Part shown: positions 36,624 to 47,160 of the stretch, in pieces | Numbering within the stretch: position 1 is the stretch's first letter | Layout: each line of letters starts with the position of its first letter | Assembly: GCA_002441265.1 (NCBI GenBank) | Contig: DJVQ01000059.1 | Location: 40,940-104,939, forward strand | Reading direction: 5' to 3' | Source: Syntrophaceae bacterium UBA6252 | GTDB taxonomy: Bacteria; Desulfobacterota; Syntrophia; Syntrophales; UBA6807 | Length of the DNA: 64,000 nt | The notes under the pieces: model-generated | What the model was told of the DNA's origin: nothing | The model's input: the letters and a program-made list of their open reading frames with translations, nothing else | Databases searched by the model: none | Program-made: the position numbers and the translations under genes

Positions 36624-37520
36624 TTATTCCTTCGAGATGATTTCCGTTCCGACCCCCCTGTCGGTGAAGACTTCCAGAAGGATTGCGTGCCTTTTCCTCC
36701 CGTCGATGATGTGGGCCTTCCCGACGCCGCTTCTCAGCGCCTTGAGGCAGCATTTCACTTTCGGATACATGCCCCCCTCGATGACCCCCTCGGCGATGAG
36801 GCGGTAGGCCTCGGTGTCGTCCATCGTGTTGATGAGGTTCTTCCCCTCGTCGAAGACGCCCGGCACGTCGGTGAGGAGGACGAGCTTTTCCGCTCTGAGG
36901 GCCGACGCGACGGCGCCCGCCACCAGGTCGGCGTTGATGTTGAACGTTTCCCCCTGCTCCCCGAGGCCCGTGGGGGCGATGACGGGGATGAAGCCGTCAC
37001 GGCTCAGGGCCTGGATGAGATCGGCCTGGATGGCCTTCACTTTTCCCACCAGCCCGAGATCGATGATCTCCGGGGGGGTGTCCTTCGCCCGCTCCTCGCT
37101 CAGGAGGTATTTTTCCGCCAGGACGATGCTCCCGTCCTTGCCGCTCAGGCCGACGGCCCTCCCGCCGTGGTGGTTGATGAACCCGACGATCTCCTTGTTG
37201 ACTTTCCCGGCGAGGACCATCTCGACGATGTCCATGGTTTCCTGGTCGGTGACCCGCATCCCCTGGACGAACCGGGATTCCTTCCCGAGCTTCTTCAGAT
37301 ACGATCCGATCTGCGGGCCGCCGCCGTGGACGATGACGGGATTCATCCCGATGTACTTCATCATGACCACGTCGAGGGCGAAATTCCGTTTCAGCTCCTC
37401 GTCGACCATGGCGTGCCCGCCGTATTTGATGACGATGGTCCGGTTGGAGAAACGGCGGATGTAGGGCAGGGCCTCGAGAAGAATGTCGGCCCGGTCGACG
37501 ATTTTCTGGATGTCTTCCAT
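36624..37520 (-). CDS. argB: acetylglutamate kinase
   Basis: It has [17 protein letters not shown] and NINADL motifs. Confidence 0.95.
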   Translation of the reverse strand: MEDIQKIVDRADILLEALPYIRRFSNRTIVIKYGGHAMVDEELKRNFALDVVMMKYIGMNPVIVHGGGPQIGSYLKKLGKESRFVQGMRVTDQETMDIVEMVLAGKVNKEIVGFINHHGGRAVGLSGKDGSIVLAEKYLLSEERAKDTPPEIIDLGLVGKVKAIQADLIQALSRDGFIPVIAPTGLGEQGETFNINADLVAGAVASALRAEKLVLLTDVPGVFDEGKNLINTMDDTEAYRLIAEGVIEGGMYPKVKCCLKALRSGVGKAHIIDGRKRHAILLEVFTDRGVGTEIISKE

Positions 37521-37565
37521 GAACGCACCTCGCTGTCTGCGGGCCCCGCACGGGGCTCCGGGACC

Positions 37566-38948
37566 TTACAGGACGTACCGGCTCAGGTCCTCGTCCTCCA
37601 TGATGAATTCCAGCTTTTCCCTGACATATTCGGCGTCGATGACGATCTCCTTTTCCTGGAGATCGGGTGCGTCGAAGGAAATGTCCTCCACCAGGGTTTC
37701 CATGATCGTGTAGAGCCTCCGGGCCCCGATGTTTTCCGTCCGCTCGTTCACCACTGCGGCCACGTCGGCGATCTGTTCGATGGCGTCCCGGGTGAATTCA
37801 AGAGCGATCCCCTCCGTGGAGAGCATCTCCCGGTACTGGCGGATCAGGGCGTTGTTCGGCTCCGTGAGAATCCGGACGAAGTCCTCTTTTCCCAGGGAGT
37901 CGAGTTCGACCCGGATGGGGAACCGCCCCTGGAGTTCGGGGATGAGGTCGGAGGGCTTGGTGAAGCTGAACGCGCCCGCCGCGATGAAGAGGATGTGGTC
38001 CGTCCGCACCATGCCGTACTTGGTGTTCACCGTCGAGCCCTCGACGATGGGCAGCAGGTCCCGCTGGACCCCCTCCCGGGAAACGTCGGGGCCGCTCGTG
38101 GAATCGCTTCCGACGATCTTGTCGATCTCGTCCAGGAAGATGATCCCCGACTGCTCGACCCGCTCGACGGCCGTACGGACGACCTTGTCCATGTCCACGA
38201 GCCGCTGGGCCTCTTCCTCGGCGAGGATCTGCACCGCTTCGGAAACCTTCATCTTCCGGCGTTTCTTCTTCTGGGGAAAGAGGTTCCCGAACATCTCCCG
38301 GATGTTCACCCCGAGGTCCTCCACTCCCGACGAGGAGAAGACCTCGATCATGGGTCCCGAGCGGCTTTCCGTGATCTCCACGTCGACGGTCCGTTCGTCC
38401 AGCTTCCCTTCCCGGTAAAGCCTCCGGAGCTTTTCCCGGGTGTGGTCCTGGACCAGTTCCGTCGGGGGGTAGGATTTGTCGGGGCCCTCGGGAAGGGCCT
38501 CGTGGAGCGGTTTGGGCTCGACGCGCCGGGGAGGGAGGAGGAGATCGAGAATCCGTTCCTCCGCCATCTCCATGGCCTTCGACCGGACCTGCTCCTGCTC
38601 CTCCGTCTTCACCATGTTGACGGAAAGCTCCACCAGGTCGCGGAGCATGGATTCCACGTCCCGCCCCACGTATCCCACTTCGGTGAACTTGGAGGCCTCC
38701 ACCTTCAGGAAGGGGGAGTTGTCCAGCTTGGCGAGGCGGCGGGCGATCTCCGTCTTTCCCACGCCCGTGGGGCCGATCATGATGATGTTCTTGGGGGCGA
38801 TCTCTTCCCGGAGTTCCTCCGGGACGTTCTGACGCCTCCAGCGGTTTCTGAGGGCGATGGCGACGGCCCGCTTGGCCTCGTCCTGCCCGATGATGTACTG
38901 ATCCAGCTCCGAAACGATTTCCCTCGGAGTCAAATTTCCGGACGGCAT
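37566..38948 (-). CDS. hslU: ATP-dependent protease ATPase subunit HslU
   Basis: It has [16 protein letters not shown], Walker [16 protein letters not shown] and [10 protein letters not shown]. Confidence 0.95.
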   Translation of the reverse strand: MPSGNLTPREIVSELDQYIIGQDEAKRAVAIALRNRWRRQNVPEELREEIAPKNIIMIGPTGVGKTEIARRLAKLDNSPFLKVEASKFTEVGYVGRDVESMLRDLVELSVNMVKTEEQEQVRSKAMEMAEERILDLLLPPRRVEPKPLHEALPEGPDKSYPPTELVQDHTREKLRRLYREGKLDERTVDVEITESRSGPMIEVFSSSGVEDLGVNIREMFGNLFPQKKKRRKMKVSEAVQILAEEEAQRLVDMDKVVRTAVERVEQSGIIFLDEIDKIVGSDSTSGPDVSREGVQRDLLPIVEGSTVNTKYGMVRTDHILFIAAGAFSFTKPSDLIPELQGRFPIRVELDSLGKEDFVRILTEPNNALIRQYREMLSTEGIALEFTRDAIEQIADVAAVVNERTENIGARRLYTIMETLVEDISFDAPDLQEKEIVIDAEYVREKLEFIMEDEDLSRYVL

Positions 38949-39032
38949 GGTCTTACTCCGCCTGATTTCATTTCCTTTCGAGGATTCGAAAAGATCAGAA
39001 AGTTTAGAAGACTATCACTAATTGCGCCGTTG

Positions 39033-39626
39033 TCAAGGGGTCGGCCGTTTTTTCATCCGATTTTTTTTGATCGGGGGAAGGTCCTCCTCCTCGGTGTCGA
39101 GTTCCTCGATGGTGATGTTCTTGTTCGTGTAGATGCACAGATCCGCCGCGATGTCCATGGATTCCCGGACGATCTCCGCCGCCGAGAGGTCGGTGTGGCG
39201 GATGAGGGCCCGCGCCGCCGAAAGGGCGTAGGGACCGCCGGAGCCGATGGCCATGACCTCGTCGTCCGATTCGACGACATCCCCGTTTCCCGAGACGATG
39301 AGGGCGTTTTCACGGCTCACGGCGATCATCAGGGCCTCCAGGTGCCTGAGGACCCGGTCGGTCCGCCAGTCCTTGGCGAGCTCCACCGCCGACCGCAGCA
39401 GGTTCCCGCTGTACAGCTCCAGCTTCTGGTCGAACCGTTCGAAGAGGGTGAAGGCGTCCGCCGTGGCGCCGGCGAACCCCACGATGACGCGGTTGTGATG
39501 GAGCCTCCGGACCTTTTTCGCCCCGTGCTTCAGCACCGTCATGTCCAGGGTCACCTGGCCGTCTCCGGCGACGGCGATCTTTCCCTTGTGGCGGACGGCC
39601 AGGATGGTGGTTCCACGGATCTTCAT
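39033..39626 (-). CDS. hslV: ATP-dependent protease subunit HslV
   Basis: GTTILAV...GDGQVT...[10 protein letters not shown]...GSGG match HslV. It has a 5-residue N-terminal extension and a charged C-terminal tail of about 20 residues. Confidence 0.95.
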   Translation of the reverse strand: MKIRGTTILAVRHKGKIAVAGDGQVTLDMTVLKHGAKKVRRLHHNRVIVGFAGATADAFTLFERFDQKLELYSGNLLRSAVELAKDWRTDRVLRHLEALMIAVSRENALIVSGNGDVVESDDEVMAIGSGGPYALSAARALIRHTDLSAAEIVRESMDIAADLCIYTNKNITIEELDTEEEDLPPIKKNRMKKRPTP

Positions 39627-39627
39627 G

Positions 39628-40566
39628 TCAGGTTTTTTCTCCTTTCGCTTTCGGGTGGGCTTTGTCGTACACTTCCAGGAGGCGCATCACCGTCACCGAC
39701 GTGTACTTCTGTGTGGTGGAAAGGCTCTCATGGCCCAGGAGTTCCTGGATCGTCCTCAGATCGGCGCCGCCGTCCATGAGATGGGTGGCGAAACTGTGCC
39801 GCAGGGCGTGGGGGCCGATTTTCTTCGGGATCCCCCTTTGCGCGAGATGCCTGTCCAGAATCCGGGCCACGCTGCGGGCCGTGAGTCGTTTTCCGAATCG
39901 GTTCAGGAAGAGGGGAGTCCCTTCCCCCGGCGGGGGCGCCGCCGGAACCGCCGTCTCGAGATAGTCCCGCACGGCCTTCCCCGCGGGAGCGCCGAAGGGA
40001 ACGATCCGTTCCTTCCTTCCCTTTCCCCTGACCCGGATGAGGCCGTTTTCGGAATCCAGGTCCTCCCGGTCGAGGCCGGTCAGTTCGCTCACCCGGATGC
40101 CGGCGCCGTAGAGAAGCTCCAGGATGGCCCGGTCGCGGAGGCCCGGCGCGTCCCCTTTCGACTGCCCGTCCAGGAGGTCGAAGGCCTCGTCGACGGTGAG
40201 AAAGACGGGAAGGTGCTTTTCCCCCCTGGGGGAGGAAATCCCCTCCATGGGGTTCCCCCGGATCCACCCCCTCCGGGCCAGATAGCGGAAAAAGGTCCGA
40301 AGGCTCGAGATCTTCCTCGAGATGGAGGACTTCTTTTCCTTCATCCGGTGGAGGAGGGCGAGGTGCGCCCGGATGTCCCCGGCCGAAATACCCGCCAGGG
40401 GGGTCTGCGGATCGCCGGAAGGTTCCCCTTCCGCTTTTCCGGCGGGCCGGAAGAACTGCCTCAGGTCGGAGAGGTAGCCCCGGACCGTGTGCGGGGAAAG
40501 GTTTCTTTCATGGAGAAGATGGTCTTCGAACGCTTTCAGGGCGTCCGCGGCGGTCCGTCTTTCCAT
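39628..40566 (-). CDS. xerC: tyrosine recombinase XerC/XerD family
   Basis: It has the catalytic pattern R..([12 protein letters not shown])...[11 protein letters not shown]...LGH...TQKY (catalytic Tyr). Its position upstream of hslVU is a conserved one. Confidence 0.85.
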   Translation of the reverse strand: MERRTAADALKAFEDHLLHERNLSPHTVRGYLSDLRQFFRPAGKAEGEPSGDPQTPLAGISAGDIRAHLALLHRMKEKKSSISRKISSLRTFFRYLARRGWIRGNPMEGISSPRGEKHLPVFLTVDEAFDLLDGQSKGDAPGLRDRAILELLYGAGIRVSELTGLDREDLDSENGLIRVRGKGRKERIVPFGAPAGKAVRDYLETAVPAAPPPGEGTPLFLNRFGKRLTARSVARILDRHLAQRGIPKKIGPHALRHSFATHLMDGGADLRTIQELLGHESLSTTQKYTSVTVMRLLEVYDKAHPKAKGEKT

Positions 40567-40603
40567 CGTCAGGGGAGTCCCTCCGTGCGCCCGGTCGTTT
40601 TCT

Positions 40604-40849
40604 TCACTTCTTCGAGAATCTCCGGATGCCGGCGTGGTAGCAGCAGCACGAATTTTCGATGTTGTTGTCGAAAATCCGCGTCTTCCCGTCCCGGAAGGCG
40701 ATCCGGACGTAGGAGACCCCCCCCAGCACGTTCGAATTCATCTCCTCTGTGACGATCCCGAATCCCCATTCGGGATAGCGGAGGTGGGTGACCTGGTCTC
40801 CCGGCTTCAGGTAGAGCCGCCGGATTTCCTCTTTCAGATACGAAGACAT
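40604..40849 (-). CDS. small DUF3553-like protein
   Basis: 81 aa. PGDQVTHLRYPEWGFGIV resembles the DUF3553 core. The assignment is from memory only. Confidence 0.4.
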   Translation of the reverse strand: MSSYLKEEIRRLYLKPGDQVTHLRYPEWGFGIVTEEMNSNVLGGVSYVRIAFRDGKTRIFDNNIENSCCCYHAGIRRFSKK

Positions 40850-40903
40850 GACGAACTCGTAAAAGTCAAATCAACGTTTTCCCTTTGCCGTCAATACGTG
40901 GCG

Positions 40904-41404
40904 TTACATCTTGTACTTACCGAAGGCCTCGGGGGAAAGCGTTTCCAGCACTTCCTTCAGTTTCTCCCTGGAGTATTTCCCGAGGTCCTCCGCCTGCGTG
41001 CTGATGTCGATATGGGTCGACTGCTCGATCACCTTCTCGTCCACGAAAATCGGGGCCTCGGCCCGAAGGGCGAGGGCGATCGCGTCACTGGGCCTGGAAT
41101 CGATGGTCTTCTCCTTGCCGCCCTGAATGACGTGGATGAGGGCGAAAAACGTGTTGTTTCTCAGATCGTTGATGACGATTTTCACGATCCGGGTGTCCAG
41201 CGCCTTCATCACTTCGTGGAGGAGATCGTGGGTCATGGGCCTCGCGAAACTGATCTTCTCCAGGACGGAGGCGATGGCGCTCGCCTCGAAAAGCCCGATC
41301 CAGATGGGAATGGCCTTCTTTTCGCCGAGGTCCTTGAGGATGACGATGGGCGTGTTCGACAGGGGATCGATGGCGAGTCCGAAGACTTTCATTTCAACCA
41401 GCAT
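40904..41404 (-). CDS. bifunctional nuclease (DUF151/BFN) family protein
   Basis: The N-terminal half VFGLAIDPLSNTPIVILKD...IPIWIGLFEA.AI......RPMTHDL matches the BFN domain pattern. Confidence 0.7.
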   Translation of the reverse strand: MLVEMKVFGLAIDPLSNTPIVILKDLGEKKAIPIWIGLFEASAIASVLEKISFARPMTHDLLHEVMKALDTRIVKIVINDLRNNTFFALIHVIQGGKEKTIDSRPSDAIALALRAEAPIFVDEKVIEQSTHIDISTQAEDLGKYSREKLKEVLETLSPEAFGKYKM

Positions 41405-42791
41405 GGGTTACCTCCTCGTTTCCGGGTCGTTCCCCCCGGAGGGAATGGGCGCAGGCCTCGACGATCCGCACCGAAAGGGTCCGGCCGATCATGGCGGCGT
41501 TCCCGGGAAAGTTGACGATCCGGTTGGATCGGGTCCGTCCCGTCACATCGTTCCCGGAATTTCTGCTGAATCCTTCCACAAGGACCTCCTCCAGCCTGCC
41601 CTCGATAAGGCGGTTCCGTTCCATGGTGTGGTGTTCCTGAAGGGCCTGGAGCTCCGTGAGCCGGGCCCCCTTGACCCGCTCGTCCAGATGGCCGTCGAAC
41701 CGGGACGCCGCCGTTCCCTCCCGTACAGAGTACTTGAAAGAAAAGGCGCCGTCAAACTTTACCGCTTTCATGAGGGCCAGGGTCGCCCGGAAGTCCTCGT
41801 CGGTCTCCCCGGGGAAGCCGACGATGATGTCCGTCGTGACCGCGATGCCGGGGCACACCCGGCGGAGCCGTTCCACCCGGTCCACGTAGGCCGCGGCGGT
41901 GTAACGGCGGTTCATCCGTTCGAGGATCCGGTCGGAGCCGGACTGGACGGGAAGATGGATGTGCCCGCACAGTTTCTTCACGGAGCGGAAACAGTCGATG
42001 AGCTCGTCGGAAAGGTCCTTGGGATGGGACGTGGTGAAACGGATCCGTTCCAGCCCTTCCACGGCGTCGATTTCCCGGAGAAGCCGGGGGAAGGTGTCGC
42101 CGTTTCCGAGCGTCGCGCCGTAGGAGTTCACATTCTGCCCGAGAAGGGTGACCTCCCGCACCCCGCCTTCGGAGAGGGTTTCGATTTCCCGGAGGATGTC
42201 CCCCAGGGGCCGGCTTTCCTCCCTCCCCCGGAGATGGGGAACGACGCAGAAGGCGCAGAAATTGTTGCACCCCTGCATGATGGTCACCCAGGCGGAAACG
42301 CGGCCCGGTCCCGGGGGGGCGACGACGCCGATGGACGGGACGGATTCCCGGAAATCCGTTTCCACGAGGGGTCCTTCCCCGTTCCGGAGCCGTTCCACGA
42401 GGGCGGGAATCCGGTCGATGTTGTGGGTTCCCGCGACGAGATCGACCTGGGGGAACTGTTCGACCAGTTCGCCCTTGAATTTCTGCCCCATGCACCCGCA
42501 CACGGCGATGATGAGGGCGGGGTTCGCCTCCTTCAGGCTCCTGAATCGGCCGAGAAGGCTGAAGACCTTCAGCTCCGCCTTCCTGCGGATGCTGCAGGTG
42601 TTCACGACGATGAGGTCCGCTTTCCTCTCGCGGGACGTTTCCACGTGGCCCGACCGCCGCAGCAGTTCCCCCAGCTGTTCCGAGTCGTGGACGTTCATCT
42701 GGCACCCGAACGTCCGGATATGAAAGTGCAGGGGGGCGCTCAAGGTTTCCTTTTCGTTCCTCTTTTCGGGACCCGCCGTTCTACTTGACAT
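41394..42791 (-). CDS. miaB: tRNA-2-methylthio-N6-dimethylallyladenosine synthase
   Basis: It has the UPF0004 N-domain (IRTFGCQMN), the radical SAM CNNFCAFCVVP motif and a TRAM C-terminus. Confidence 0.9.
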   Translation of the reverse strand: MSSRTAGPEKRNEKETLSAPLHFHIRTFGCQMNVHDSEQLGELLRRSGHVETSRERKADLIVVNTCSIRRKAELKVFSLLGRFRSLKEANPALIIAVCGCMGQKFKGELVEQFPQVDLVAGTHNIDRIPALVERLRNGEGPLVETDFRESVPSIGVVAPPGPGRVSAWVTIMQGCNNFCAFCVVPHLRGREESRPLGDILREIETLSEGGVREVTLLGQNVNSYGATLGNGDTFPRLLREIDAVEGLERIRFTTSHPKDLSDELIDCFRSVKKLCGHIHLPVQSGSDRILERMNRRYTAAAYVDRVERLRRVCPGIAVTTDIIVGFPGETDEDFRATLALMKAVKFDGAFSFKYSVREGTAASRFDGHLDERVKGARLTELQALQEHHTMERNRLIEGRLEEVLVEGFSRNSGNDVTGRTRSNRIVNFPGNAAMIGRTLSVRIVEACAHSLRGERPGNEEVTHAG

Positions 42792-44934
42792 GGCGAAGGG
42801 AAAGCTCCGTGTACGGGTGCTGCTGAAACTTGAACCTCTTCCCCTGGAAGAGTTTCATGCAGGCGTCCACCACGTCCGGATCGTACAGGATCCCCCGGTT
42901 CCTGGAGATCTCGTCCAGTGCCGGCCTGAGGCCCAGGGCGGAACGGTAGGGACGGTGGGACACCATGGCCTCCACCACGTCCGCCACGGCCAGGATCCGC
43001 GCCTCGAGGATGATTTCCTCCCCCATGAGACCCCGGGGATAGCCCGTTCCGTTGTGCCGTTCGTGATGCTGGTAGACGATCTGGGCGACGGGCCACGGGA
43101 ACTCGATGTTCTTCAGAATGTCGTACCCCACCTCGGGGTGGACCTTCATCATGAGAAACTCGATGTCCGTGAGCATGTCCGGCTTGCTCAGGATTTCCGC
43201 GGGCTCGTAGATTTTCCCGATGTCGTGGAGCGTTGCCGCCACGACGAGACCGTCGATCCGGTCCTCGGGAAGCTTCATTTCCTTGGCGATGGCCCGGGCG
43301 AGCTGGGTCACCCGCTGCTGGTGCCCCGCCGTGTAGGGGTCCCTCTTCTCCGTCATCGAGGAAAGGGCGTTCACCGTTTCCTCCAGCCGCTTCTGGAGCC
43401 GCTCGAAGCTTCTGTCCAGTTCGTCCTGGGCCTGCTTGTGGGCCGTGATGTCCCGGACGTAGCCCATGTCGGCGGGCTGGTCGTTGATGGTGATGATGCC
43501 GAAGGCGATTTCCACGTCTTTCTGTGTGCCGTCCCTGCACAGGACCTTCGTTTCGTACAGGGGGAGGACGCTGCCGCCGGCCATGCGCATCTTGTAGCGT
43601 TTTTCGACGAGTCTCCGGTATTCGGGGGTGAATATCTTCAGGAAAGGCATCCCCGTGAGTTCCTCCACGGGATACCCCGTGATGTCCGCCATGGCCCGGT
43701 TCGCGAACTTGAACACCTCTTCCTGGATGATGACCACCCCGTACATGGCCTGTTCGACGACGGCGGAATACTTCTCCTCGCTTTCCCGAAGCTGCCGTTC
43801 CCCCTCCATCCGCGTGGTGATGTCCTCGTAGACGACGACGATCCGCCGTTCCCGGAGGACCCCGCCGACGCGGGCCGCGCTGACGTTGCAGATGATGGGG
43901 GTCCCGTCCTTGGCGAGGCAGGGGAACTCCTCGCTGTGGGTCTCGTCGTGTTCGAGAACGGGGTAGAAATGCTTTCCGATCTTTTCGAAATCCTCGTCGG
44001 AACGATAGAAGATCCTCGTGCTCTTTCCGATCACTTCCTCCGGTTCCCATCCGAAGACGGTTTTCACCGAATCGTTCGCGAAGACGATCTTCCGGTTTTC
44101 GAGGCCGATGACGGCGTGGGGGATGGCGTCCAGGATGGACGACTCCATCTCCTGGATTTCCTCCAGGCGCATCCGCGCCTCCCGTTCCGTTGTCACGTCC
44201 ATCGAGTTGCCCAGAATGGCCCGCCTCCCGAAATAATCGATGGTCGTGACGTTTTCGAGCACCCAGATGATCTTCCCGTCCTTGGTGACGGTCCGGTGCT
44301 CGTAGGGGAAGTGCTTCTCACCCTTCAGCATCCGGACGGCGTTTCTCCGGACCGCGTCGCGGTCGTCGGGATGGACGAGGTGCATGGAATCCATGCCGAT
44401 CAGCTCCTGCTCCGTGTATCCCGAGTGCTCCGACATGTAGGGGTTCACGAACACGAACCTGCCGTCCTGGATGACGTACACCCCCGCCTGGGAACTCCGG
44501 GCTAGCTTGCTGTAGAGTTCCTCCGCCTGCCTCTGGATGCTCCTGTCCCGGACGATGCCGTGGTATCCCTCCACCCTGCCGTTCTTCCTCCGGACCACCA
44601 TGTTCACGGCGCAGTCGATGATCCGGCCGTCCATGCTTTTCAGCCGGACAGGATAGTTTTTCAGGTGTCCCGTCTTTTCGATTTCCTCCTTGAACCGCTC
44701 CCGGTCCGCAGGATCGGCATAGAGCCTCCGCACGTTCAGGGTTCTCAGCTTCTCCGCCGGATATCCGAAAAGTTCGAGGGCCGCCTCGTTGAAATTCACG
44801 ATCCGTCCGCCCCGGGTGGTGATGACCATGGCGTCCCGGGATTCCTCGATGAGCGCCCGGCACTTGGCCTCGCTCTCCCGGAGATACAGGATTTCCTCCA
44901 GGAGCTTTTTTCTCGTCTTGTCTTCGTCTCTCAT
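42781..44934 (-). CDS. multi-PAS sensor HD-GYP phosphodiesterase
   Basis: It has several PAS-like repeats followed by HDIGKI and HHERHNGTGYPRGL (HD-GYP). I prefer ATG 44934 (GAGGA SD); the track start 45000 would overlap the upstream gene. Confidence 0.85.
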   Translation of the reverse strand: MRDEDKTRKKLLEEILYLRESEAKCRALIEESRDAMVITTRGGRIVNFNEAALELFGYPAEKLRTLNVRRLYADPADRERFKEEIEKTGHLKNYPVRLKSMDGRIIDCAVNMVVRRKNGRVEGYHGIVRDRSIQRQAEELYSKLARSSQAGVYVIQDGRFVFVNPYMSEHSGYTEQELIGMDSMHLVHPDDRDAVRRNAVRMLKGEKHFPYEHRTVTKDGKIIWVLENVTTIDYFGRRAILGNSMDVTTEREARMRLEEIQEMESSILDAIPHAVIGLENRKIVFANDSVKTVFGWEPEEVIGKSTRIFYRSDEDFEKIGKHFYPVLEHDETHSEEFPCLAKDGTPIICNVSAARVGGVLRERRIVVVYEDITTRMEGERQLRESEEKYSAVVEQAMYGVVIIQEEVFKFANRAMADITGYPVEELTGMPFLKIFTPEYRRLVEKRYKMRMAGGSVLPLYETKVLCRDGTQKDVEIAFGIITINDQPADMGYVRDITAHKQAQDELDRSFERLQKRLEETVNALSSMTEKRDPYTAGHQQRVTQLARAIAKEMKLPEDRIDGLVVAATLHDIGKIYEPAEILSKPDMLTDIEFLMMKVHPEVGYDILKNIEFPWPVAQIVYQHHERHNGTGYPRGLMGEEIILEARILAVADVVEAMVSHRPYRSALGLRPALDEISRNRGILYDPDVVDACMKLFQGKRFKFQQHPYTELSLRHVK

Positions 44935-44962
44935 TAATTTCCTCGGAGGCTCCCGCCCGCTC

Positions 44963-46414
44963 TCACGCGGGATCGGAGCCGTAGGTTCTGAAACCGTCAC
45001 GGCTTTCCGTTTTCACGGCGTACATGGCCTTGTCCGCGTTCTTCATCAGGAGGTCGAGGTCTCCGCCGTGATCGGGGTACAGGGCGATCCCGACGCTCGT
45101 CGTGACGGAAAGTTCGTGACCCTCTATGTGAAACGGCTTCCGGAAGGCGTGAACGATCTTTTCCGCCATGGCTTCGGCGTCCTTCGGCCTCCGGATTTCC
45201 TGGAGGAGCACGATGAATTCGTCCCCTCCGATGCGGGCGACGACGTCCTCCTGCCGGATGAGTTCCTGAAGGCGCTTCCCCACGGCCTGAAGAAGGAGAT
45301 CCCCCATCTTGTGTCCCAGGGTGTCGTTGATCTCCTTGAACTTGTCCAGGTCGAGGAGAAGAAGGGCGATCCGTTCTCTATATCGGAAAGCCCTGGCCCT
45401 CGCAAGGTTGAACTGTTCGTTGAAGAGGAACCGGTTGGGCACCCCCGTGAGGGGGTCATGGTAGGCGAGCTTCCGGATCTCCTCCTCCGCCTTGACCCTG
45501 TCCGTGATGTCCCGGACGAATCCCATGTCTGCCGGTTTCCCGTCGAAACGGATGACGGTAAAGGAAATCTCGACGTGCGTCGACGTGCCGTCCTGCTTCC
45601 TGACCTTTGTCTCATAAACGGGGGGAGGGGTCTGCCCTCCCGAGAGCCTGAGCTCGTATCTTTCGTGGATCAGGTCGCGCTGGTCCGGGGTGAAGAGGTC
45701 CAGGAAGAGCATTCCCCGCAACGCCTCGACGGGGTAGCCGGAAATTTCCGCCATGGCCGCGTTGGCGTACTTGAAGATGTAATCCTGGATGATGACGACG
45801 CCGTCCCGGGCGCTTTCCACGACGTTCGAATATTTTTCCTCGCTCTCCCTGAGCCGCTCCTCCGCCTCCTTCCGTTCGACGATGCGTCCCAGCCGCTCGG
45901 CGACGGACCGGAAGAGCTTCTGTTCGCTTTCCCTAAACACGGGCCTGCCGTCCCGCTCCGGTTCCTTCACGTAATTCAGCTCGAGAAATCCCACTCCCGC
46001 ACCCCGGACGAAGATGGGCCTGACGAGCTTCCAGGAGGTTTCCCGATAGGTGTCCGTCTTGTATTCCTGCCCGTAAAGGGAAAGGCGGGCGGAGGCGTTT
46101 TCCGGAAATTCCGTAGCCGAAGGAAGCAGGCTCACGGTGCCTCTCAGGATGTTCTCCAGGGAATCCTCGTTTTCAATCAGGTCCGATATGGAATAGAGGC
46201 AGTCCAGTTCGCTGACCCTCTTTTCCAGCTCTACGGTCTTTTCGAGCAGGGCTTTCTCCGCGTTCATGTACTGGGCTTCGAGAATTTCCCACTCGGCCCG
46301 TCTGCGGCGCATTTTCTCCAGCTCGTCCGCGAAATATTGCCGGTCCTTTTCCGGCCGATCGGCTGCCGCCAATTTCTCCTTCCCCCCTTTTTCGATCCTT
46401 CCTTTTTTCTCCAT
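44963..46414 (-). CDS. PAS sensor diguanylate cyclase (GGDEF)
   Basis: It has an N-terminal coiled coil, a sensor region, a PAS domain and then a GGDEF domain with RIGGDEF. An RQED I-site-like motif lies 5 residues upstream. Confidence 0.9.
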   Translation of the reverse strand: MEKKGRIEKGGKEKLAAADRPEKDRQYFADELEKMRRRRAEWEILEAQYMNAEKALLEKTVELEKRVSELDCLYSISDLIENEDSLENILRGTVSLLPSATEFPENASARLSLYGQEYKTDTYRETSWKLVRPIFVRGAGVGFLELNYVKEPERDGRPVFRESEQKLFRSVAERLGRIVERKEAEERLRESEEKYSNVVESARDGVVIIQDYIFKYANAAMAEISGYPVEALRGMLFLDLFTPDQRDLIHERYELRLSGGQTPPPVYETKVRKQDGTSTHVEISFTVIRFDGKPADMGFVRDITDRVKAEEEIRKLAYHDPLTGVPNRFLFNEQFNLARARAFRYRERIALLLLDLDKFKEINDTLGHKMGDLLLQAVGKRLQELIRQEDVVARIGGDEFIVLLQEIRRPKDAEAMAEKIVHAFRKPFHIEGHELSVTTSVGIALYPDHGGDLDLLMKNADKAMYAVKTESRDGFRTYGSDPA

Positions 46415-46441
46415 AAAACAAGCCTATATTATATATACTAT

Positions 46442-46453
46442 TCGACCGGTCGA
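46442..46453. promoter_or_regulatory. palindrome TCGACCGGTCGA next to AT-rich TATAAT-containing stretch upstream of the GGDEF gene
   Basis: Read from the sequence. The minus strand reads TCGACCGGTCGAATAGTATATATAATATAGGCTTGTTTTATG. Confidence 0.4.
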
Positions 46454-46632
46454 GTAAAGATCGGCGGCCCGCTCCGGCGGTTTCCACGAAGCCCCGGCGG
46501 CAGCGGCGCCGGCCGGGCGGGGCTGGCGGATGCGGGGACGGCGGGCGCTTGAAAAAGCGTTTCTTCTCTGTTACCGTAACTCCCCGGGATGGATGTACGT
46601 CCCCCATTATCCGCGCTCCCGGAATCCGTGTG

Positions 46633-47160
46633 ATGAATCTACGATCGTTCGCCAGAGACTATCGGAGGGAAATGCGATTTTTCCTCCTGTTCCTTCTGAT
46701 CTTTCTCATCGGACAGGGCGTTCACTATGCGACCCGTTCCTGGACCGCGCCGTTTCTCGTCAACGTTCTCAACGCCGGTGCGGGTTCGAAGATCATCAAC
46801 GGGATCACGCCGGGAGAGGAGACCCGGGTGGAGGGGAACGTCATCGTGTCGGGCAACTTCCGCCTCAACATCGCCCAGGGGTGCGAGGGCATCGAGGGGT
46901 TTCTTCTCATCGGCGCGGCGATTCTCGCGTTTACCATGAGCATCCGGGGAAAACTCCTGGGACTTCTCTGGGGGTTTCTCGTCATCTATCTTGCCAACCT
47001 TCTCCGGATCGTCCTTCTGTACTACGTCCTGAAATACCGGCCGTCCCTGTTCGATTTTATGCATATCTTCGTCGGGCAGACCTTCATCATCGTGGTGGGC
47101 ATTCTCTTTTTCGTCTTCTGGGTCGGCAGGTCCGCGCCGGTCGGTGGAAAGAATGGCTGA
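46633..47160 (+). CDS. minimal exosortase/archaeosortase-family protein
   Basis: The start is taken at ATG 46633 (MNLRSF). It is polytopic and carries the three family hallmarks in order: Cys (NIAQGCEGIEGF), Arg (YLANLLRIVLL) and His (FDFMHIFVGQ). Confidence 0.65.
   Translation: MNLRSFARDYRREMRFFLLFLLIFLIGQGVHYATRSWTAPFLVNVLNAGAGSKIINGITPGEETRVEGNVIVSGNFRLNIAQGCEGIEGFLLIGAAILAFTMSIRGKLLGLLWGFLVIYLANLLRIVLLYYVLKYRPSLFDFMHIFVGQTFIIVVGILFFVFWVGRSAPVGGKNG

Noticed and set aside
36165-39779. A 1204-aa plus-strand ORF antisense to argB, hslU and hslV.
   Set aside because: The reasoning is the same: it lies opposite genes with unambiguous conserved motifs, and the product is R/G/D/P-rich with no domains.
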